This document shows, one piece after another, positions 48,637 through 58,722 of a DNA stretch of 64,000 bases. The translations under genes were made by a program, and so were the position numbers. Location of the stretch: IMG/VR virus record IMGVR_UViG_3300033273_000550, positions 102,013-166,012 of that record; one strand, 5' to 3'. Position 1 is the first letter of the stretch. Every line of letters begins with the position of its first letter. Source of the stretch: a virus. The notes beneath the pieces were generated by a model. It worked only from the letters and a program-made list of their open reading frames with translations. It was not told the DNA's origin and made no database searches.

Positions 48637-48939
48637 ATGAATAGATATAAAGGAATAGATAGAAATATAGATAACGATAGAGGCAGATATATCTCTAACG
48701 CTATATACCCTACTATACCAGAAACTGAAGATGATATATACATTATAGCTTCTTCTGGAGATAGATACGATACTTTAGCATCTAGCTTTTATAACGATTC
48801 ATCATTATGGTGGATTATAGCTAGTTCTAATAATCACGATAGATCTTCACTAACTATTACTCCTGGAGTACAAATAAGAATACCAGCAGATAAAACCTTA
48901 GCATTACAATTATTTGAGGCAGTAAATAAAACAAGGTAA
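48637..48939 (+). CDS. LysM-like baseplate wedge protein (gp53/tail X-like)
   Basis: GDRYDTLASSFYNDSSLWWIIA..N...PGVQIRIP. Confidence 0.85.
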   Translation: MNRYKGIDRNIDNDRGRYISNAIYPTIPETEDDIYIIASSGDRYDTLASSFYNDSSLWWIIASSNNHDRSSLTITPGVQIRIPADKTLALQLFEAVNKTR

Positions 48940-48940
48940 A

Positions 48941-51900
48941 ATGAGTTTAGGTTACAATAGTAATTTTAAAATACACGTACCTATAACTTCAGGTTCTATA
49001 GAACAGTTAAAGGTAAGAAGTAAAATACTCTCTAAAAAGGAAAGAACCGAGAGAGATATACTTTATTTATCATCTAGAGCACCTTGGGTTAAAGTTTCAT
49101 CAGCGGTCAATGTTGTTGATGGTGACGAAAAAACTAAAGATTATTTACTTGCTGAAGAAAATGTCTTAGCAGGTGGAACATACGATGCAAGCTCAGGTAA
49201 GTATAAAAGTGGTATATTTGAAAAAGTAAGCAGTTATAACCTATCAGAGCCTGGAGAGGGATATAGACCAGTTCCCGGTGTCGTAGGAATCACTTCTCAA
49301 TATTTAGGTACATACGGTACTTATAAAGAAACAACAATTGATATTCAAGTTAATTCTTTAGATCAACTCGATCTAATGGATAAATTATACTTTAGACCTG
49401 GTATGTCTCTACTAGTTGAATGGGGTCATTCAGTTTATGCTACTAGTACTAAGAATGATTATCAGATAGTAAATAACATAGAAACAGTTTCTAACTTCTT
49501 TGCTGCTACAGGGCAAACAGGTTATAAGTCTATAAGTGATGTAAATAAAGCTATAGACGAAATAAAAGTAAAATCAGGATTCAATTATGATGCTGCCTAC
49601 GGTCAAATAGTTAACTTTAACTGGACAGTAAATGATGATATGACTTATACCTGCAGTGTAAGAATGTTAAGTCATGGTAGTTTAATTGAATCGTTAGGAT
49701 TGCTTTCTAATGCTTCTTCTAATACCGGTACATTATTTGCTGGAGAAGGAGAAGATGTAGAAGATAAACCTTTATCTAGTGGACTTACTTTACTACACGA
49801 TGTATTTAGCGCTATAATGAGTTTAGAAGACTTTACAGAAGCTACAACTAATGAACTTACTTGGGATAAACTAACAGAAAATAATCAAAAAAAATTAGGA
49901 CCATTAGTTGCCGAAGTACTAACTAATGTTAATTCTATTGGTAAAAGTAATGGAAGACCGTTTAATTATGTTCCTTTTAAATATGAAGGAGATAAAAGCG
50001 AAAAAACAAAATACTTAAGATTTATACAGATATCAGATTTCTTAAACCTAGTTAATGAGATATTTTGTCCCAAAAACGATGGGGTACTGTTAGCAGGTTT
50101 TTATACTGGCGAAGTAGATGATAACGATGCTCCTATAAATACTACTCCTTATTTAACTTTTCCTGATCATATATCTGCTGATCCTTCAAGAGTACTTTTT
50201 AGATCAAAAACTATTTCCGACCCTTTTAGGTACAAGATTATAGAAGATTTCCCTGAAGAAGAAAATGATATACTTAATATTTACGTTGAGGTAGGATTTT
50301 TACTACGTACTGTAGAAAGTATAGTAAATAGAAATAGTGAGAGTGATCAAACAGTTTACGATTTTGTTTATTCTATAATTAAGCAAGTTCAAAGTGTGAT
50401 GGGGGACGTTAACGAGTTTGATATACACCCTGATGGAGAATTAAATTATATAGTAGATAGAAAAGTACTGCCTACAAAAAGTCTTTTAGAATCTAAAGAC
50501 GCTTATATTGAATTAAGAGGTTCTAAATCTCCAGTGAGAGGTATAAATATAACTTCAGAGATTACAAATGATTTATCTACAACCTTAGCAATTGGTGCTA
50601 CTGCTGGTAATACAGACCTATCTAATGATGTCCTTAATTTGCAGAAATGGAATGAGAATTTAGAAGATAGAATATTACATAAGATAAGATTTATAGATTC
50701 TAAAACTAAATTTAGAGCTAAGTACGATAGTACTATGCAGGATCGAATTAAAATTCAAAATTTTAGAAATTTAAGTATATTTGTCGGTAAGGTTAATTAC
50801 TATAAGGTTAGTTATGAGAACAATGAATTTAATGCTAAGCTTCACGAAACATCTATATGGGAAAAAGCAGGACAAGCAATACGAGCGTATTTTAACACAG
50901 GTGTAGTATTTTACGCTGATAAAAAATATCCTAAAGGAGCGATAAATATTAATGCTTACGATGAAGTTAATATATCAGGATTACATAAAAAATGTATGCA
51001 GGAACTTCTTATTCTTAACACTATCAAGCAAGGAGAGAACCCACCAGGATTGATACCTATTGATCTATCTTTTATTGTAGACGGTTTAGCAAGCTTTAAT
51101 ATTGGTGAAGCATTTGGAGTTAAAAAAGGAGTTCTACCAAGCAAATATGATGATACTGTAGGATTTATAGTCACCGGTATAGATCATAATATAGGTACAG
51201 ATGGATGGACAACACAGATTACAGGTAGAATGTTTATCCCTGATACTATAGAAAAAGCAGATATACAAGATTTACCAGTAGCAGAAGAAATAGTAACCAC
51301 AGAAATAAAAGATTTTTTATCTGATTTCGAATTTGCTCCTATATTTATGTCACCGACAGGAAAACAACCTATAAGTAGAAATGATTTAGATGTTGTATAC
51401 CCAACTGAGATTGGTTTAACCCAACCCCGTACTACTATAGTCGGGGCACCACAACCAGGTGCTCCAAGAGGAGAAAGAAAACATCAAGGGTGGGATATAA
51501 AAACTAAAGCTGAAAACGCTATTTATGCACCTATATCCGGTAGAGTACAGTGGGTTAGTCGTTTTAGTGTAGGTAAAGCTAAATTTAGAGGTATTGTAGG
51601 AAGTGGTAATTCAGGAAAACCCAAATTCTTTACTAAAAAAGATCTTCGTGGCGGAGGGTACTTAAAAGTAGTAGGTACCGGCGAGTACGAAGGATGGGAG
51701 TTTAAAATAGGATATACCAAACCTAATAATAACTACGAACCTAATATGGAAGTAACAAAAGGTCAGCCTATTGGCAAAGCCTTAGACTTAAACGTAATAA
51801 ACACAGTAAGAGTTGGAGATCAGGTACACGTTTATGGAGGTTACGATACTACTGAAAATGATACAGATAGGATGGATCCTCACCTACACGTAGAAGCTCG

Positions 51901-51955
51901 TTATAACGGCTCTATTTATGATATGTCTCAATACGATAAATGGGAAACTAAATAA
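48941..51955 (+). CDS. Baseplate hub protein with C-terminal M23 peptidase
   Basis: Hub-like N-terminus (LYFRPGMSLLVEWG); C-terminal HQGWD, APISG.V, VTKGQPIG, PHLHVE. Confidence 0.8.
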   Translation: MSLGYNSNFKIHVPITSGSIEQLKVRSKILSKKERTERDILYLSSRAPWVKVSSAVNVVDGDEKTKDYLLAEENVLAGGTYDASSGKYKSGIFEKVSSYNLSEPGEGYRPVPGVVGITSQYLGTYGTYKETTIDIQVNSLDQLDLMDKLYFRPGMSLLVEWGHSVYATSTKNDYQIVNNIETVSNFFAATGQTGYKSISDVNKAIDEIKVKSGFNYDAAYGQIVNFNWTVNDDMTYTCSVRMLSHGSLIESLGLLSNASSNTGTLFAGEGEDVEDKPLSSGLTLLHDVFSAIMSLEDFTEATTNELTWDKLTENNQKKLGPLVAEVLTNVNSIGKSNGRPFNYVPFKYEGDKSEKTKYLRFIQISDFLNLVNEIFCPKNDGVLLAGFYTGEVDDNDAPINTTPYLTFPDHISADPSRVLFRSKTISDPFRYKIIEDFPEEENDILNIYVEVGFLLRTVESIVNRNSESDQTVYDFVYSIIKQVQSVMGDVNEFDIHPDGELNYIVDRKVLPTKSLLESKDAYIELRGSKSPVRGINITSEITNDLSTTLAIGATAGNTDLSNDVLNLQKWNENLEDRILHKIRFIDSKTKFRAKYDSTMQDRIKIQNFRNLSIFVGKVNYYKVSYENNEFNAKLHETSIWEKAGQAIRAYFNTGVVFYADKKYPKGAININAYDEVNISGLHKKCMQELLILNTIKQGENPPGLIPIDLSFIVDGLASFNIGEAFGVKKGVLPSKYDDTVGFIVTGIDHNIGTDGWTTQITGRMFIPDTIEKADIQDLPVAEEIVTTEIKDFLSDFEFAPIFMSPTGKQPISRNDLDVVYPTEIGLTQPRTTIVGAPQPGAPRGERKHQGWDIKTKAENAIYAPISGRVQWVSRFSVGKAKFRGIVGSGNSGKPKFFTKKDLRGGGYLKVVGTGEYEGWEFKIGYTKPNNNYEPNMEVTKGQPIGKALDLNVINTVRVGDQVHVYGGYDTTENDTDRMDPHLHVEARYNGSIYDMSQYDKWETK

Positions 51956-52467
51956 TGTACATACCAGAAGGAAAATATAAAAAAGCTGTCTACACCCAAG
52001 GTGGTGATTTAATAAATGAAAATGGTACAGAGTATCAAGGATGGTACTTTGAAGACTATAAAGGTAGAATATTCTCTGGTAAAAAGCCTGAAAAAAAATC
52101 TAAAAGACTTCTTAAACTTTCTGATGAAGAAGATGCTTTTGCTCAAATGACTTTTACTTCTGAAAAAATTGAACCTACAGAACTAGATTATGAAAATGGT
52201 ACTTTTACAAGATACTTTCTTCAAAACTTCCGTACCTCTAAAATAATAGAAGTAACTAAACAGAAATGGTTAGCTATAAAAGGAAAAAATAGAACAGCTT
52301 TTGCTAAGATAGAATGGATACTCAAAGGTCCTGCTGATAATGTTAAAAAAGGAGATTATATTTACTTCGGTGCAGAAGCTAAAAATAAAGAATTAGTTGA
52401 AGAACAAGTAGGAATTAAGAATTTAAAAGACTATATTACTGATTATAGAGAGTTTGTTAAAGACTAG
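51955..52467 (+). CDS. Hypothetical baseplate-associated protein
   Basis: 170 aa, TAATG-coupled to hub gene. Confidence 0.6.
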   Translation: MYIPEGKYKKAVYTQGGDLINENGTEYQGWYFEDYKGRIFSGKKPEKKSKRLLKLSDEEDAFAQMTFTSEKIEPTELDYENGTFTRYFLQNFRTSKIIEVTKQKWLAIKGKNRTAFAKIEWILKGPADNVKKGDYIYFGAEAKNKELVEEQVGIKNLKDYITDYREFVKD

Positions 52468-52496
52468 TTGCTAGTTTAAGATAAAAAGGTTATATT
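52468..52496 (+). promoter_or_regulatory. Sigma70-like promoter TTGCTA-N17-TATATT
   Basis: -35 at 52468-52473, -10 at 52491-52496, upstream of PolA-like gene. Confidence 0.65.
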
Positions 52497-52512
52497 GTTA
52501 AAAAGGTTATAA

Positions 52513-53838
52513 GTGTTTTATATAGTAGAATCAGATACTCAATTAGACAGGTTAGATAAGCTTCATAGATTCGGAGCCTTTATTTACGTTATTCCTGATA
52601 ACTTTAATTTTCATCCAAAGTTAACAGATACTTGTGCTGTTTATGTTAGACCGTTAAATAGTAAACATGGATTTATAGTTCCTATTAAACACTCAGAAGG
52701 ACTTAATGTTGAAAAAGAACGTATCTACGAAATACTTAAAAAATATAGTAAACTTTATACTATAGATAAGAAAGAACTACTATACCACTTTAATTTACAG
52801 CAGAGCATTGATGTATCTTTACTTCATTCGATGACTACATATGAAAGATTAGAATATAATAAAGATCATTCTTTAGTAAATAATTTTTATAATAAGCATA
52901 ATTCTAAATCTGATATCAATGCAATCATACCTTTATCGATTTTGTATAAAGTATGTGAAAAAATTCATGATCAAGTAAAATCCTCAATGGATTTTGTGAT
53001 TCCCGCAGGCTTTGACTTCTATAATTCGACTGCAACTAATGTTTTTTACTTGTTAGAACAGTCTGGAATGGGTATTTATTATAAAGCCTTTAACGAATTA
53101 TTTAAACCTCGTAACCCGATATATAACACAGTAGATAATAAAGTTTTAACCTATTATAATTTATACAATGCAACCTCTAGACCTACTAATGCTTTTAATT
53201 CTGTCAACTTCGCTGCTATACCTAAGGGTGACCAGTATAGGAAGGCTTTCCGTCCCCAAGGCGACTACTTTGTGGAGTTCGATTTTGATGGTTACCACCT
53301 TAGGCTACTTTGCGATCAAATTGGCTATAAGCTAACGAACGAATCCGCACATAAGCAGCTAGCTAAGTTATATTTTGAAAAGGATGAAATATCCGATGAT
53401 GAATATGCTCAAGCTAAACAGATTAACTTTCATGCTATTTACGGGAAGATACCTGAGAAATACGCTTTTCTTGAAGTCTTCGAAAAAATACAGCAATATA
53501 TTAACTCATTATGGGTAAAGTATGAAGGGGTGGGTGTAGTACATAATCCAATGACTGAGAAACCTTTTACTGAGAAGTTAAAAGATATGAACCCTCAGAA
53601 GCTGATGAATTATATGATGCAGTCGTTGGAAACTTCAAGAAACATTCTTATCTTAAAAGAAGTACTTAGGTATCTTGATAAAAAGCGCACTAAAGTATGT
53701 TTGTATACTTATGATGCGCTTCTTTTTGATTTTTATAAAGAAGATGGTAAGGAAACTTTAGAAGATTTGAAAAAAATACTAGAAGAAGGTGGAAAATACC
53801 CAGTTAAATTTAAATACTCGGAGAATCTAGTTTTATGA
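52513..53838 (+). CDS. Short, divergent family A DNA polymerase-like protein
   Basis: TSRP, motif A DFDGYHLR, motif B AKQINFHAIYG, NY..Q, motif C YTYDALLF; GTG start. Confidence 0.8.
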   Translation: MFYIVESDTQLDRLDKLHRFGAFIYVIPDNFNFHPKLTDTCAVYVRPLNSKHGFIVPIKHSEGLNVEKERIYEILKKYSKLYTIDKKELLYHFNLQQSIDVSLLHSMTTYERLEYNKDHSLVNNFYNKHNSKSDINAIIPLSILYKVCEKIHDQVKSSMDFVIPAGFDFYNSTATNVFYLLEQSGMGIYYKAFNELFKPRNPIYNTVDNKVLTYYNLYNATSRPTNAFNSVNFAAIPKGDQYRKAFRPQGDYFVEFDFDGYHLRLLCDQIGYKLTNESAHKQLAKLYFEKDEISDDEYAQAKQINFHAIYGKIPEKYAFLEVFEKIQQYINSLWVKYEGVGVVHNPMTEKPFTEKLKDMNPQKLMNYMMQSLETSRNILILKEVLRYLDKKRTKVCLYTYDALLFDFYKEDGKETLEDLKKILEEGGKYPVKFKYSENLVL

Positions 53839-53860
53839 AACAATTTAATATTTATTTTAA

Positions 53861-54310
53861 ATGTCAGTAGTTGTAAGTCCTCAATTCGATTATGATATTG
53901 AGCCTTTATATTTAAATGAAGATATGAGTAACAAACTATTCTGTACTTTCGCTACAGAAGATTCTCTTGATACAGTATTAGAGCAAATTCAAGATAAGTA
54001 CAAGATTATTTATAATAAAATATTCGTTTTATATTCCAAAAGTCAAGACGAATATATTTGTACTTATAATGTGGATTTCGGTAACGTAAGTACTTTCCTA
54101 GAAAATACTATTCTAGTACATAGAAAGAAAGAATCTAACACTCTCTATACTATTAATGCGTTAAATACTCTAATAAAAGAACTCAACGAAGGAGTTCTAG
54201 ATACTTCTTATAGAGTAAACTGGAATGATTTCAGAAACTGCATTCTTCTTACTAAAGGTCCTGAGCTAAAAAGAATTAATACAAGATTATTTAAAATTCT
54301 TGAATTATAG
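53861..54310 (+). CDS. Conserved-looking hypothetical protein
   Basis: KLFCTF...VHRKKESNTLYTINALN motif; between polymerase and SSB. Confidence 0.65.
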   Translation: MSVVVSPQFDYDIEPLYLNEDMSNKLFCTFATEDSLDTVLEQIQDKYKIIYNKIFVLYSKSQDEYICTYNVDFGNVSTFLENTILVHRKKESNTLYTINALNTLIKELNEGVLDTSYRVNWNDFRNCILLTKGPELKRINTRLFKILEL

Positions 54311-54339
54311 TTGCTCGTTCGATCTTAATTAGCTATATT
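54311..54339 (+). promoter_or_regulatory. Sigma70-like promoter TTGCTC-N17-TATATT
   Basis: -35 at 54311-54316, -10 at 54334-54339, upstream of SSB gene. Confidence 0.65.
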
Positions 54340-54367
54340 ATAGTAAACATAAATAAGTTATATAAAT

Positions 54368-55171
54368 ATGGATTTAAATGCGATTAAGGCTAAACTAGAT
54401 GCCTTGAACAACAACGGTCAGCAAAAAGAAAAAACTGACTATTCGACAATTTTTTGGAAACCTGAATTAGGTAAACAAACTGTTAGAATTGTTCCGTCTG
54501 CTTACGATCCTACTTTTCCTTTTAAAGAGTTGAAATTTCACTATGGTGTGGGGAAGTATCCAATGGTGTCTTTATCAAACTTTGGTAAACAAGACCCTAT
54601 TGAAGAATTCGTAAAAGAACTTAGAAAGACAAACGACAAGGATAACTGGTCCCTATCAGGTAAACTTAATCCTAAAACTAGAATCTTTGCTCCTGTAATA
54701 GTTAGAGGAGAAGAAGATAAAGGTGTTAGGTTATGGGGATTCGGTATTACTATCTACAAAGCTCTTCTGGCATTAGCTGAAGATGAGGATGTAGGTGACT
54801 ATACTGATGTTATTAACGGATGGGATTTAATCGTTGAGCAACAACAAGGTAACCCTTACCCGACTACTACTGTTAGAATTAAACCTAAACAGACTCCATT
54901 ATCAGATAATAATGATTTAGTAGATACGTGGTTAAAGACTCAACCTAATCCTACTGAAGTACACACTCAGTATGACTACGAATTTATTAAAAAGCAATTA
55001 CAGAATTATCTTAACCCTGGATCTGCTGAAGATTCTGCTCCAGCAGCATTACCAGGAGGTTCGGATACTGTAGAATCTGCTGCTCCTCAAAAGACTGACT
55101 TTACATTGGAAACTGCTACGTCAGGTAACCAAGATACAGTTAGTAAATTTGACGACTTATTTAATGAGTAA
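54368..55171 (+). CDS. Single-stranded DNA-binding protein (T4 gp32-like)
   Basis: FWKP..G...VRIVP, DPIEE, V.VRGEE..GV.LW.FG, D......G.D, acidic tail FDDLFNE. Confidence 0.85.
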   Translation: MDLNAIKAKLDALNNNGQQKEKTDYSTIFWKPELGKQTVRIVPSAYDPTFPFKELKFHYGVGKYPMVSLSNFGKQDPIEEFVKELRKTNDKDNWSLSGKLNPKTRIFAPVIVRGEEDKGVRLWGFGITIYKALLALAEDEDVGDYTDVINGWDLIVEQQQGNPYPTTTVRIKPKQTPLSDNNDLVDTWLKTQPNPTEVHTQYDYEFIKKQLQNYLNPGSAEDSAPAALPGGSDTVESAAPQKTDFTLETATSGNQDTVSKFDDLFNE

Positions 55172-55177
55172 CTCATC

Positions 55178-55205
55178 AGGCCGCTAAGGCGGCCTTTTAC
55201 TTTTA
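55178..55205 (+). terminator. Rho-independent terminator
   Basis: aggccgc-taag-gcggcct + tttacttttattt. Confidence 0.85.
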
Positions 55206-55212
55206 TTTAATT

Positions 55213-56286
55213 ATGGCTAAAAAGAAACAAGAGGTCCAGGATAGGGCCACGGAGGCGGTACGTAAATCTTTCAACTTAGGTAACTTTAAAAAGAAGAAAG
55301 GATTCTCTAATGCTTCTGTAAAATTTAAAGAACAAGGCTGGATTCCTTTATCCAAAGCTTTTCAAGATATAACTTCACTACCTGGTATTCCTACCGGACA
55401 TATTACCCTACTTAGAGGACATAGTGATACTGGAAAAACTACTGCATTAATTGAAGCTGCAGTAAATGCTCAAAAAATGGGTGTACTTCCAGTTTTTATT
55501 ATTACTGAGATGAAATGGTCTTGGGAACATGCTAAAGAAATGGGTCTTCAAGTAGAAGAGGTTAAAGATGAAGCTGGTAATGTTATAGATTATGAAGGAC
55601 ATTTCCTTTATGCTGATAGAGGTACGTTAAATACTATAGAAGATGTAGCAGTTTATATTGCAGATCTAATGGATGAACAAGCTAAAGGTAATCTACCTTT
55701 CGATATGTGCTTCTTCTGGGATAGTATTGGTTCAGTACCCTGTGAATTATCAGTAAAATCAAATAAGAATAATAACGAATGGAATGCCGGTGCGATGTCT
55801 ACTCAGTTTGGTAATAATCTTAATCAAAAGATTCTATTATCAAGAAAAGAAAACTCACCGTATACTAATACTATGGTAGCTATTAATAAGGTTTGGACTA
55901 TGAAACCTGAATCACCTATGGGTATGCCGAAATTACAGAATAAAGGAGGTATGTCGATGTGGTACGATGCTACTTTAGTAGTAACATTCGGTAATATTAC
56001 TAACCCAGGTACTTCTAAGATTAAAGCTATCAAAAACGGTATGCAAGTAGAGTTCGCTAAAAGAACAAACGTACAGATAGAAAAGAATCATATCGGAGGA
56101 GTACAGTCTAGAGGTAGAATCGTAATGACTCAACACGGTTTTATTGAAGACGATAAACGAGCTATTGATAAGTATAAAGACGAACACAAAGACCACTGGT
56201 TAAAGTTAGTTGGTAGTTTAGACTTTGATTTAATTGAGGAGGGTGATTTAGAAGAAACACCAATTTCACCTAACTTACTTGATTAA
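55213..56286 (+). CDS. uvsX: RecA/UvsX-like recombinase
   Basis: GIPTGHITLLRGHSDTGKTT Walker A, FFWDSIGS Walker B, INKVW, GG. Confidence 0.9.
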   Translation: MAKKKQEVQDRATEAVRKSFNLGNFKKKKGFSNASVKFKEQGWIPLSKAFQDITSLPGIPTGHITLLRGHSDTGKTTALIEAAVNAQKMGVLPVFIITEMKWSWEHAKEMGLQVEEVKDEAGNVIDYEGHFLYADRGTLNTIEDVAVYIADLMDEQAKGNLPFDMCFFWDSIGSVPCELSVKSNKNNNEWNAGAMSTQFGNNLNQKILLSRKENSPYTNTMVAINKVWTMKPESPMGMPKLQNKGGMSMWYDATLVVTFGNITNPGTSKIKAIKNGMQVEFAKRTNVQIEKNHIGGVQSRGRIVMTQHGFIEDDKRAIDKYKDEHKDHWLKLVGSLDFDLIEEGDLEETPISPNLLD

Positions 56287-57305
56287 TGGCTTACGACGAT
56301 ATTCTAAAGAATTTAAAGCAGACCCCACCCCCTGAGTTGAACGATCACGTTCTAGTGATCGATGCTATGAATATGTTAATTCGTAGCTTTTCATTACTCA
56401 AAGCGATGAGCCCATCTGGTCACCACATAGGTGGCTTGGTGGGATTCATGCGCTCACTTGGTTATGTAACAAGAATTTTTGACCCTACTAGAGTAATTAT
56501 AGTATGGGACGGTAAAGGAGGTTCTGGTAATAGGCAGAATATTGATCCAAATTATAAAGCACACAGAGCAAATACTAGAATTACCCACTGGGGATTATAC
56601 GATACTAAAGAAGAAGAGACAGAAGCGTTAATTGGACAGTTATTTAGAACTAAAGACTATCTAGAATGCCTTCCGGTACAGCAGATTATGATGGAAAAGT
56701 TAGAAGCTGATGATATTATAGCATACCTAGCTTCTCAAATTACCAAGAGTAATAAAAAGATGACAATTATATCATCGGATAAAGACTTCTTACAGTTAGT
56801 TAACAGTAATATAAACGTATATGCTCCAGTTAAAAAGAAAACCTTTACAATTGATAATATAAAGGAAGAACTAAAGGTAATTCCAGAAAATTACAATATA
56901 GTTAAAGCCTTATTAGGTGATAATTCAGACGGTTTAAGAGGAGTAAAAGGATTAGGTATAAAAACTATAGTTAATGAGTTTCCTATGCTTACCACAGATC
57001 CTAATATGACGTTAGATTATGTGTTTGATACTTGTGAATCTAATTTAGAAGGTAAAAAAATCTTTGCTAAAATTCTTCATAATTGGGATAAGGTAAATAC
57101 TAATTTTGAATTAATGGATTTACATGAGTCTGTGTTGGATGATAGAGAAAAAAAGACTATATTGGATATAATAAAAAGTGATATACCTGATCTTCAGACA
57201 GGAGCTTTCCTTCACTTGTTAGATGTAGATAAGATTGAAGGAATAACAAAGAATACTGAAGGATGGTTAGAAACTTTTAGGGGTTTAACGGTTTTTAAAA
57301 AATAG
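56286..57305 (+). CDS. 5'-3' exonuclease / RNase H (T4 Rnh, PolI N-terminal-like)
   Basis: IDAMN, WDG, YKAHR, EADD, SSDKDFLQL, GDNSD..GVKGLG.KT. Confidence 0.95.
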   Translation: MAYDDILKNLKQTPPPELNDHVLVIDAMNMLIRSFSLLKAMSPSGHHIGGLVGFMRSLGYVTRIFDPTRVIIVWDGKGGSGNRQNIDPNYKAHRANTRITHWGLYDTKEEETEALIGQLFRTKDYLECLPVQQIMMEKLEADDIIAYLASQITKSNKKMTIISSDKDFLQLVNSNINVYAPVKKKTFTIDNIKEELKVIPENYNIVKALLGDNSDGLRGVKGLGIKTIVNEFPMLTTDPNMTLDYVFDTCESNLEGKKIFAKILHNWDKVNTNFELMDLHESVLDDREKKTILDIIKSDIPDLQTGAFLHLLDVDKIEGITKNTEGWLETFRGLTVFKK

Positions 57306-57313
57306 GTTATTAA

Positions 57314-58654
57314 ATGACATTAAAAAGTTTACAGAATTACGGTAAAGGATTTCAGTTAAAAGTATTAGGATCTCTTCTTACCGATAAAAAGTTTCTTCTC
57401 AATGTAAGAGACGTACTATATGATCACTACTTTGATGCTGATTCTCATAAATGGATAGTAAAGCAGATTTGTGATTACTTTGATAAGTATCATACTAACA
57501 TTACTATGGATGTTCTTAAAGTAGAACTTCAGAAAGTAGAGAACGAAGTGCTTCAAGTTGCTTTGAAAGAAGAACTCAGAAATTCCTATCAAGCATCTCA
57601 AGAAGATTTAGAATATGTACAAGAAGAATTTACCACTTTTTGTAAGAATCAAGAGATGAAAAATGCTATCTTAAATTCTGCTGATCTACTTAAAGATGGA
57701 GATTTTGATGGTATTAGAAATATGATTGAAAAGGCTATGAAAGCCGGAATGGATAAAAATATTGGTCATGAATATAACAAAGATGTTGAAACGAGATATC
57801 GTATTGATTACCGTCCTACTATCCCTAGCCCTTGGCCTATACTTAACGAAGGTATTCAAGGAGGATTTGGCCCAGGAGATCTTGGAATTGTGTTTGGTAA
57901 TCCTGGTGGGGGTAAAAGCTGGACTATGGTCGCTATTGCTGCTCACGCAGTACAACTCGGATACAAAGTTAATTACTACACGCTGGAACTCGGGGAGGAT
58001 TATGTTGGTAAGCGTTTTGATTGTTACTTTACTGGTTATTCTATTGACGAGGTAAATAAGCATAGAAAAGAAGTTCAAGCTCATGTAGATAACTTAAAAG
58101 GTAAGTTAATAGTTAAAGAATACGCTCCTAAATCAGCTACTGTAGGTACTATTAGATCTCATATTCAAAAATGTGTGGATATGGAGCATAAACCTGATTT
58201 GGTTATTATTGATTATGTAGATTATCTTAGAGCACCTTCTAAATCTAAATTTAGCGAAAGAAAAGATGAGATTGATGATGTATTTATCGCTACTAAAGGT
58301 TTAGCTAAAGAGCTTAAAATACCTATTCTTACTCCTTCTCAGGTTAACAGAATGGGAGCTAAAGATTCAGTTATTGAAGGAGATAAAGCAGCTGGGTCTT
58401 ATGATAAAATGATGGTAGCAGATATTTGTTTATCATTATCAAGACAGAAAGAAGATAAAGTATTAGGTACTGGTAGAGTTCACGTAATGAAAAATAGATA
58501 TGGACAAGACGGTATGACTTATAATGTAAAAATGGATACTAATAACGGTCATATTGAGTTCGAAGGTAAGGCTGATCCTTCTGATCTAATACCTGACAGT
58601 CAAGATAAACCTAAATTCAACTTGACTAGAGAACAAATGTCAAAATTATTGTAA
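57314..58654 (+). CDS. DnaB-family replicative helicase (T4 gp41-like)
   Basis: GNPGGGKS, YTLEL, IIDYVD, TPSQVNR, KNRYG. Confidence 0.95.
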   Translation: MTLKSLQNYGKGFQLKVLGSLLTDKKFLLNVRDVLYDHYFDADSHKWIVKQICDYFDKYHTNITMDVLKVELQKVENEVLQVALKEELRNSYQASQEDLEYVQEEFTTFCKNQEMKNAILNSADLLKDGDFDGIRNMIEKAMKAGMDKNIGHEYNKDVETRYRIDYRPTIPSPWPILNEGIQGGFGPGDLGIVFGNPGGGKSWTMVAIAAHAVQLGYKVNYYTLELGEDYVGKRFDCYFTGYSIDEVNKHRKEVQAHVDNLKGKLIVKEYAPKSATVGTIRSHIQKCVDMEHKPDLVIIDYVDYLRAPSKSKFSERKDEIDDVFIATKGLAKELKIPILTPSQVNRMGAKDSVIEGDKAAGSYDKMMVADICLSLSRQKEDKVLGTGRVHVMKNRYGQDGMTYNVKMDTNNGHIEFEGKADPSDLIPDSQDKPKFNLTREQMSKLL

Positions 58655-58697
58655 AAAGTTTACGTGGAAGTAAAATATATATTGTATTTATTAACAC

Positions 58698-58722
58698 GGC
58701 CTCAAAGTTCTCTTATGAGGCC
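58698..58722 (+). promoter_or_regulatory. GC-rich hairpin in nrdB leader
   Basis: ggcctca...tgaggcc, just after TATTTATT (58685). Confidence 0.4.
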
